The position numbers and the translations under genes are program-made. Under the pieces are notes generated by a model, which worked only from the letters and a program-made list of their open reading frames with translations, was not told the origin of the DNA and made no database searches. A stretch of 64,000 nt of DNA from Paraspadella gotoi (Eukaryota; Animalia; Chaetognatha). Position 1 is the stretch's first letter; each line of letters starts with the position of its first letter. Positions 54,928 to 64,000 of the stretch are shown here, one piece after another. The DNA lies in assembly GCA_051294375.1 (NCBI GenBank), contig CM119267.1, positions 17,338,606 through 17,402,605 of the forward strand. The letters are read 5' to 3'.

Positions 54928-56092
54928 TTAAGTGATTTATTTCGTGGTGGTGGTCAATTAGCGGAGGTGGTCGTGCGAATGAGAAGGCGGAAGGAGGGGG
55001 GGGTAGAAGAACGACGCAAAAGAAAGAGAAAGAAACGATAGAGACGGAGACAAAAAAAAAAAGAGAAATGGGGAACGATTGGTTTTGAGTCTTTTGTTTT
55101 TTGTTTTTTTTTCAGATGCTCTTTTTTTTTTTGCGGTCGAAACTCACTTTGTCTTCACAAAGAAAGTTTTTTTAGGAGAAACAACTTTTTTTTTCGTGAG
55201 GCTCACCGCAACGAGGCTTGTGAGGCTCACCGCATTCAGGCTGGAAAAAATCGAGAGGCGGGAAATTAAAACGAACAGTACGAAAAAAATTAAGCGCCAG
55301 GCAAAGAATAATATCACTAAATGGATTTTACTAAATTTCCCAACAAAGATTTAAAAAGCACATGCAAAATGGGAGAATAAATAAATGAATTATTGATTAT
55401 TGATTAAACATTTTTAGATTAAGGAATTATTATGTACGAATCACCAGCGATACTACGTCTACAGCTTCAAAATCCCCAATACCAAAGAGTACAGTTGTTA
55501 AATAATAGATATAACGCAATATTAAACGTTAACAGAGGCATGTAAAAATAAGTTGAGAAAGCCGTATTTAAACAAAAAAAAAAACATAAGCGCAATTAGG
55601 ATAAATTCGAAATTTTTTCCCCATGCTCCCATCATCCAAGGCCAAAAAAAAAGTTGGTTACGAAGCGATTGGGTAATCGGCATACAGAGCGATCGAGAAA
55701 GAGCGATAGAGAAAGAGCGATAGAGAAAGAGCGATCGAGAAAAACAGAGCGAACCTCGTGGGCGAAAATTTGCAGTCGAAACAGAAGAGAAAACAGCGAG
55801 AGACGAAATCGCAGACGAAACGAGAGCCAATCGTCAAACTTTTTTCCCACTTAACAACGACAACAAAAGCAACGACAACGACGACAACTGAAACAACGAC
55901 GACGATGATGACTAAAACCTCTCGAGCCCAAGCATTACTCTTTTTCGTTTTTTTATATTTCGTTGGTTTTTTTACATTTTCAGTTTCGAACATCACTCGA
56001 CTTCCCTTTTCCCTTTTATTTTTGTTGTTGAAAATTTACTTCTCTTCACGAATCGAAAGAGAGCGCTCCCGTTAGATCTTACTTGGAATAAA

Positions 56093-56109
56093 GTCACGTG
56101 ATGTAAACA
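56093..56109. promoter_or_regulatory. Adjacent E-box/CLEAR-like (GTCACGTGA) and forkhead (GTAAACA) motifs ~1.3 kb upstream of the MYND gene ATG
   Basis: Sequence gtcacgtgatgtaaaca; motif match only. Confidence 0.25.
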
Positions 56110-57612
56110 AACGAAGCAAAAATCATCACTTCTGTTCGAATCGATTAGGCAAGAAATCCTGAGCAAGGGATGGGCGGGAAAAAAAATGGGAGGAGTTGTG
56201 AAAAGGGCGCATTTAGTGAGTTTGCGTCTTAATTATTTTGCATTAGATAGTATTGATTATATGGCGAAAGAAAACGACACAATAAGTCAGCAGTATACAA
56301 TATTTGTTAGAACGCTTTATCTGTCGGTATTAGATTACGTTACCGTAAGTGAGTATATTTTCTGGGCGGTATTGCGCCAACTTTCAAACTTTTTGTTTAC
56401 CAAAATGAACCTTGTTCGTTAGGTGAATAGTTTCACTGTAATAGAAAAAAAATAAGAAAAACACTTAGCCACTTGTCTTATTATAGTTAGAACTACTTTC
56501 ACAAAATAGAAATACATTATCCCAAGGATAATTTTCCTGCTATGCCATTATCTTTTAAGAGTGATGGAGGCCTTAAACCACCACAGTCTGTTCAAAGTCA
56601 GGAGAGAGATACGTAGCTTATTCAATAAATGAATGGATAATTTTATATTTGTCGTACCAATTTCATTCAATTTATTTTCAAATGATTTTACAATCATCAA
56701 CCTTCGTTAAAAAAAACGTTCCCGCTAAAGTTGTCAACGAAATGAGGCGTGAATTTTTAATTTTTCTCTCTGTCAGATTTAGTTGGCAGATGAAATCGAG
56801 GTTTGGTTACGATGACGACCAACTGAAGGCAACGACTCCCCTCTCGCTCGATTGGTGATCGCAATTGTCCGATTGGTTGATTATTAGCGATGGTTGCATC
56901 TGTTTGGCAAATGCGACGGACTTATTTTAAAAATTTCCTTAAAATTTCACGTAATTGATAGAATAATCGAAACGACTTATAGAAAATGATAAATAGCTGT
57001 TGGTCGAATCGCTGCCAAATGGATGGCGAAGTGAGATTAGCAAGAAATCAAAGCAGATTGTAAACAAGAAACAAGAAAAAAAAAAGAAGAAAAAGAAAGA
57101 AATTGAAATAAAAATGAAGAAAGATAAAAATAGGAGGTTTGGGTTTCGGATTTCGGTTCGATTAGAAAGTCTGATTCAGTTCGAGCAATGAGAAAGCAGA
57201 AACTGGACAACTTTAACAACGCAATTGATATCTTTTATCAATTATGATAAAATATGAAAATAAACAAATTTTTAGTGACAAATAAATATTATATAACTAC
57301 TAGAGTGAACAATGATAACAATTGGTTTTACCTTTTGACATTAAAAACTCCAACGATGCGTTTTTGTAAAAAAAAAAAACCTTTTGTGAAAAAAGTCAGC
57401 CAGAGCGACGGACCGTGAAGTGAAATCTCTCTCTCTCTCTCTTTTTTAGAAAGAATCGTAAAATGCGGGTTTTCGGAGATAATAGCCTTTTTTTTTCTTA
57501 CAAAAATAAAAAAAGCCGATAACCACAGAGGCAAAACGGAAGAGCGAAAAGCTAATTTAGACGAAAATGTAAAACGAAAGAAAGAAAAATCACGGGAGAT
57601 AAAGAGAGAAAC

Positions 57613-58728
57613 ATAAGAAGAGAGAAATAACCTTGAAACGGAGGTGGAAAAGAGGGATGACGCCGAAAAGCTCGAATACGAGTTATGTTAAATCGAAGAA
57701 TTAAATCGGAATACTGAAATATAAAAAACAATAGATACTTGGGAGGACAAAATAAGAACCGCATAGAAAAAATTTGAGCGATAAAGTCAAGAGAACCAAG
57801 AAAAAAAGATAAAATAACAAAACAGCGAACAGAAACGGAAAGGGTGGAAAAGAACAAGAAAGAAAAGAACAATCTAAAGATAAGAAATTAAAAAACAAAA
57901 CAAAAGGAAATCGGAAACAATTGAAAAAAGTAGGGAAGTGCTCTAACCAGATTCCAGCAACGCCAAAGATATCGATTCAAATCGAAAACGCATTTGGACG
58001 TTCTTTTTTATCAGGCGCCTAATTGATTCGCTTGGGCGCCGGGCGCCTATCGCCAAATCGCTGCGCGCACGAGAGAGATTTCCAGCGTAATGGACTGCGC
58101 GGCAGGGGAGGCGGTGCAGTTTACATTGCACCAAGTATGTAATGTCAAATTCCAATTAAGAAACGAGCCAAGAACGGAGTCAATTGTATTGGCGGGATAT
58201 ATTCGGATTTAAAAAAACAAAAATATGGTCATTGGTCAGTAGCCTTTCATCGAACGTCAATCATTGATTGATAGGACAACTTAGGACAACTTAGGTTGTT
58301 CGAAAAAGGGAGGATATAGATAGAGAAAGCAAGAAACCAAAATATTCTCGATCCGTGATGCTCCTAACGTCCAGTGATTCATCAGCTTACCATCTTCCTT
58401 AAAACCCAGACTCTTTCCGACCTCAAATTCTTACTTTTTATTTTACTTTTTTTCTGCGGTGAAACTGGATTGTGTTTAGGCCGCGAGTCGCGTTTAACCT
58501 CACACGACGCGCGAAAATTCAAAAGGAATCCAGACGCGGAAAGAGGAAAGCGTTAAAAGAAATGTCAGATTCTGATCAGTAAATGATAAATCATCACGAT
58601 TAAAAAAGTTGTCTTATTAAATATCTCTTGAAATGTTAGTACCATTTATTAGTTTTTCCTTATTGAATATGGTCGTATATCTTTTGCAATATCAATGTAT
58701 TACCAATGTTGAAAGAGATCATCTCTCT

Positions 58729-58816
<88 letters not shown>

Positions 58817-59295
58817 CATTATCAAAATCCAGCTTAAATTACCAATCTTTTCGTTATAACAAAGTTCGAGATAACGAAGACCCCCCTCCACGTCACTGCG
58901 ATGGAAGACCAGATTGGTCGAGACCGAAAAAGGATAATGATTAAAATATATAAATCATTGATAGATAGAGATAGATTATATAGATGGAGTTTGATACGTA
59001 TGTTTCATAGGTTATGCCAATGGATCTTAAGAGTAGAAATCAAGGAGTAGATACAAAGATAGATATAGAAAGAGAGAAAAAGATGGCAAGAGAAGAAGAA
59101 AGAAAAAATAATTATGATAATAATAATTTTATATTAAAAATAGCAAGAGAAGTTTATGCGTTGTGATAGAGAAGAACCAAGAAAAGAAGAGGGAGAAGAA
59201 ATTTACTTTGAGAGGCGTAGATCCAATTAGTACGAGAAGAGGAGGAGGAAGAAGAAGATATTACAATGAATCTCATTTCTTCTTCGACGTCATCT

Positions 59296-59326
<31 letters not shown>

Positions 59327-61053
59327 AGTCCCCGTCGTCGACGTCAAAAATCGAAGGCGTCATCACCGAAGACGTCTGCTTGCGACGTCGCCGACCGGAA
59401 GCTTTAATTAAAACTTAATCCTTCGACGCTTGACGCCCACGATTTTCTGTCTCCGCCTCCGCCGAGAAATCCGACGCCACTTCCGGCTTCTGCCGGTTAA
59501 AAGCTTTCGTTTCTCGAATTTCCTCCGAGCGTTTTCGACGCCTCTTCCGCCAACTGGGATTTTGAAAAGCTTTCGCTACCTTTTTTTACGTTGGTCATTT
59601 TAGATTGCACGAAAGTATCGAGTACTATGACTAATGACTATCGGAGAATAATGTCGTAACGGAAAGCGAGAAAGAGAATGGCTCACTTATATGTAAGGCT
59701 CACTTAAATGTACGCAAAAGAGGTTTTACAAAGAAATGCATGTATGTAAAAAGAAACTATAAAAGTGAATGACTTTTTAAATCAAACAATTGATAAGGCC
59801 AATGTCGCCTCACTACTTTAAATATTTATTACATCCAACCGGTTAGAAGACAGAATGGGGAAAGTCCTATTCCAAGCTTTACGTAATTTTTTTAAATTTC
59901 GCACTCAAATTAAAGGCGGACGGTCCGTCTGTCCATGCGATAAAATTGTAATATTAAAACAAAAGAGAAAAAAAAAGGGGAAGAGGAATTTCGTCGATAA
60001 AAACGGGATTTTTGCTCGACTGGATTTGAAATGGACAACAAAAGACGAAGATTAGATTTAAAATTTAGCGGGGGATTCATTGATAAGCTGAAGGGAAAAC
60101 GAGGACGAAAAAATAGAAAAAAAAGGACAATGCTGAAAGATGGCGGTCATAGGAAANNNNNNNNNNNNNNNNNNNNNNNNNTTCACCTTTTTCCCCTCTT
60201 TTTACTTCTACTCTTTTCCTATGACCGCCATCTTTCAGCATTGTCCTTTTTTTTTTTCGTCCTCGTTTTCTCCTTCAAGCTTATCAATATCCCCCGCTAA
60301 AATTTTAAATCTAATCTTCGTCTTTTGTTGTCCATTTCAAATCCAGTCGAGCAAAAATCCCGTTTTTATCGACGAAATTCCTCTCCCCTTTTTTTTTTTC
60401 TCTTTTGTTTTAATATTACAATTTTATCGCATGGACAGACGGACCGTCCGCTTTAATTTGAGTGCGAAATTTAAAAAAATTACGTAAATCTTGGAATAGG
60501 ACTTTCCCTATTCTGTCTTCTAACCGGTTGGATGTAATAAATATTTAAAGTAGTGAGGCGACATTGGCCTTATCAATTGTTTGATTTAAAAAGTCATTCC
60601 CTTTTATAGTTTCTTTTTACATACATGCATTTTCTTTGTAAAACCTCTTTTGCGTACATTTAAGTGAGGCCTTACATATAAGTGAGGCCTTCTCTTTTCT
60701 CGCTTTCCGTTACGACATTATTCTCCGATAGTCATTAGTCATAGTACTCGATAACTTTCGTGGCAATCTAAAATGACCAACGTAAAAAAAGGTAGCGAAA
60801 GCTTTTCAAAATCCCCAGTTGGCGGAAGAGGCGTCGAAAACGCTCGGAGGAAATCGAGAAACGAAAGCTTTTAACCGGCAGAAGCCGGAAGTGGCGTCGG
60901 ATTTCTCGGCGGAGGCGGAGACAGAAAATCGTGGGCGTCAAGCGTCGAAGGATTAAGTTTAATTAAAGCTTCGGTCGGCGACGTCGCAAGCAGACGTCTT
61001 CGGTGATTGACGCCTTCGATTTTTTGACCGACGACGGGGACTGTGACGACGAC

Positions 61054-61098
<45 letters not shown>

Positions 61099-61586
61099 GA
61101 TGACGTCGACGAAGAATGAGAAGTCATTTGTAATATCTTCCTTCTTCCTCCTCCTCTTCTCGTACTAATTGATCTACGCCTCTCAAAGTAAATTTCTTCT
61201 CCCCTCTTTTTTCTTGGTTCTTCTCTAATCACAACGCATAAACTTCTCTGCTATTTTTAATATAAAATTATTATTATCAATAATTAATTTTTCTTTCTCT
61301 TCTCTTGCCATCTTTTTCTCTCTTTCTATATCTATCTTTGTATCTACTCTTGATTTCTACTCTTAAGATCCATTGGCATAACCTATGAAACATACGTATC
61401 AAACTCCATCTATATAATCTATCTCTATCTATCAATGATTTATATATTTTAATCAATTATCCTTTTTCGGTCTCGACCATCTGGTCTTCCATCGCAGTGA
61501 CGTGGAGGGGGGTCTTCGTTATCTCGAACTTTGTTATAACGAAAAGATTGGTAATTTAAGCTGGATTTTGATAATGCCCGAGAGAG

Positions 61587-61677
<91 letters not shown>

Positions 61678-62797
61678 CTCTGTCAAGACATTGGTAATAC
61701 TTGCAAAAGATATAGACCATATTCAATAAGGAAAAACTATAAATGGTACTAACATTCAAGAGAGATATTTTATAAGACAAACTTTTTTAATCGTGATGAT
61801 TTATCATTTACTGATCAGAATCTGACATTTCTTTTACGCTTTCCTCTTTCCGCGTCTGGATTCCTTTGAATTTTCGCGCGTCGCGTGTGAGGTTAAACGC
61901 GACTCGCGGCCTAAACACAAATCCAGTTTCAAACCGCAGAAAAAAAGTTAAAAATAAAAAGTAAGAATTTGAGGTCGGAAAGAGTCCTGGGTTTTTTAAG
62001 GGAAGATGGTAAGCTGATGAATCACTGGACGTTAGGAAGCATCACGGATACGAGAAAATTTTGGTTTCTTGCTTTTCTCTATCTATATCCTCCCTTTTTC
62101 GAAACAACCTAAGTTGTCCTAAGCTTGCCTAATCTAATCAATGAATTTGACGTTCGATGAAAGGCTACTGACCATGACCATTTTTTGTTTTTTTAAATCC
62201 GAATATATCCGCCACAATACAATTGAGACGTTCGGCTCGTTTCTTAATTGGAATTTATGACATACTTGGTGCAATGTAAACTGCACCGCCTCCCCTGCCG
62301 CGCAGTCCATTACGCTGGAAATCTCTCTCGTGCGCGCAGGCGATTTGGCGATAGGCGCCCGGCGCCCAACGAATCAATTAGGCGCCTGATAAAAAGAACG
62401 TCCAAATGCGTTTTTCGATTTGAATCGATATCTTTGGCGTTGCTGGAATCTGGTTAGAGGCACTTCCCTACTTTTTTCAATGTTTTCCGATTTTCCTTTT
62501 GTTTTGTTTTTTAATTTCTTATCTTAATCGATTCTTTTTTCTTTCTTTGTTCTTTTCCACGCTTTTCGCGTTTCTGTTCGCTGTTTTGTTATTTAATCTT
62601 TTTTTCTTGGTTCTCATTGACTTTATCGCTCAATTTTTTCTATGCCGGTTCTTATTTTGTCCTCCCAAGTATCTATTGTTTTTTTTATATTTCAGTATTC
62701 CGATTTAATTCTTCGATTTAACATAACTCGTATTCGAGCTTTTTCGGCGTCATCCCTCTTTTCCACCTCCGTTTCAAGGTTATTTCTCTCTTCTTAT
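57613..62797. repeat. Large inverted repeat (arms ~57613-60156 and ~60215-62797) centred on a 25-N gap; probable assembly artefact
   Basis: The right arm is the reverse complement of the left, e.g. gatggcggtcataggaaa / tttcctatgaccgccatc and ataagaagagagaaataacc / ggttatttctctcttcttat. The arms differ by many single-base indels. N run at 60157-60181. Confidence 0.92.
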
Positions 62798-64000
62798 AGC
62801 GAGAACACAAGAGTTTTATATAAAATTTTTTTCGTAGCAAATTTGGTACTGAACGATAGGGAATCTGTTTCGAGCGCTTATGCAAAAAATGCAGCAAAAT
62901 CGGTCCAGGCTTCAAAAGTTATCGCCCAAAACGTCATACCCAAAATCCGCTTCTCGCGGTAAATCAAGTTCGCCCTATGTTAAGGATTTCGATTTTGGTT
63001 CCATAAGGGAATTTGTACTACGAGCACGGTACGAGAAGAATGCTCGATTCCGGGCCCAAGGATTCGAGCTTAGAAAATCGAGCTAGGAAAAATCGAATTC
63101 AACGAATCGGGGAAAAAAGTCATGAATATTTGTAAAAATAAATATATATATAAATAAATATAAAATGTAAAAATAAAAGAGAGAGAAAAAAGTTACCACA
63201 AAGAATTTGCCGAATAGGACAAAGGTGAGAGCTGAAGGACAGGATTAGTTTTAGGCCAGATGGAGTGATGGATATTGAAAGAAATTTGGTGTGTGAGAGA
63301 GAGAGAGAGAGCGAGAGAGCATTGAATCTGGTAGGAATATTTTATGAAAATTTGGCAAATTACTTGTTTCACTATTTCTATTTTTATATTTTATGAAGGA
63401 TTTAGTATTATCTTATTATTTATCAAATATATAATTGCTTTCTTTCTTTAAAAATGTTTTATTTATCTAATATTCAATTGGGAAGGGGAAGTCAGTGTTG
63501 TCTTCTGGAAATAGAGGGAGCATCTAATTTAGTACTGTCTTAGTTCTAGCCTCAGCTGGAATTTATCTATCTCCAAAACGCAAGTTGATAACGTAATTGT
63601 TGATGTAATCGTTCAATTGACTGATAAAAACCTTTAAAACAAATTAATTATCATTTCAAAATGAATTAATTCCTCACAGCATTTCTTCTTTCAATACTTA
63701 GTAAGCGTCTTCAGGGGAGTGTAAAAAATATCTTAAATATCTTCCGTTAAACGGGCGATACTGGCGTTCATTTTGACAGTAAACTGAGCTTTTCTAAAAA
63801 TGGTTGGCACGAACTAACAATGATCAGTATTTACATAACGACGACCAAGTATTGCACGCGTAACGACCTCTCTTTACACTCCCCCCTTACGTAACACGGA
63901 CACTCAACAACAGAAGGTCGTATGCACGTTAGTCTTCACCTGTGGGCAGTAGTCTTTTCATGCTGCACGCATATGCGAGTTTTTTAAACCCTCGCAGAGT

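Noticed and set aside
57943-59560. Candidate exons within the inverted-repeat arm
   Set aside because: Short frames with stops, no consistent gene model and no recognisable homology.
62800-63110. MITE-like fragment (caaaatcgg...aaaagttatcgc)
   Set aside because: No terminal inverted repeats or target-site duplication could be delimited.

Overview
This is eukaryotic, most likely invertebrate animal, draft-assembly DNA. It has GC-rich exons, AT-rich GT-AG introns, very dense (GA)n and (GAC)n microsatellites, abundant CpG and two N gaps. Most ORF-track entries are microsatellite noise. I rebuilt four phase-consistent spliced genes by hand. (1) A 5'-incomplete + strand gene (906-8448) with a ~1000-aa low-complexity body and a divergent C-terminal SH3, possibly endophilin-like. 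(2) A divergent G-alpha (minus, 11578-8929) with a Gz-like P-loop. (3) An FMRFamide-receptor-family class A GPCR (minus, 25704-13630) just upstream of that G-alpha. (4) The main find, a ~2935-aa protein (minus, 54791-44821). It has an MGCxxS acylation motif, an intron-split domain resembling bacterial DUF1444/YtpQ-type proteins (candidate horizontal transfer), three eEF1B-delta-like motifs, 13 copies of a DAFDFFSAVPIGSAAxEAEK motif and a C-terminal zf-MYND. The window also holds a Penelope-type minimal hammerhead in an intron, tRNA-derived SINEs (one with a twister-like hairpin), a DINE/HINE-like relic, and a ~2.55-kb-arm inverted repeat around a 25-N gap that is probably an assembly artefact. 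All family assignments are by eye and have not been checked by database search.
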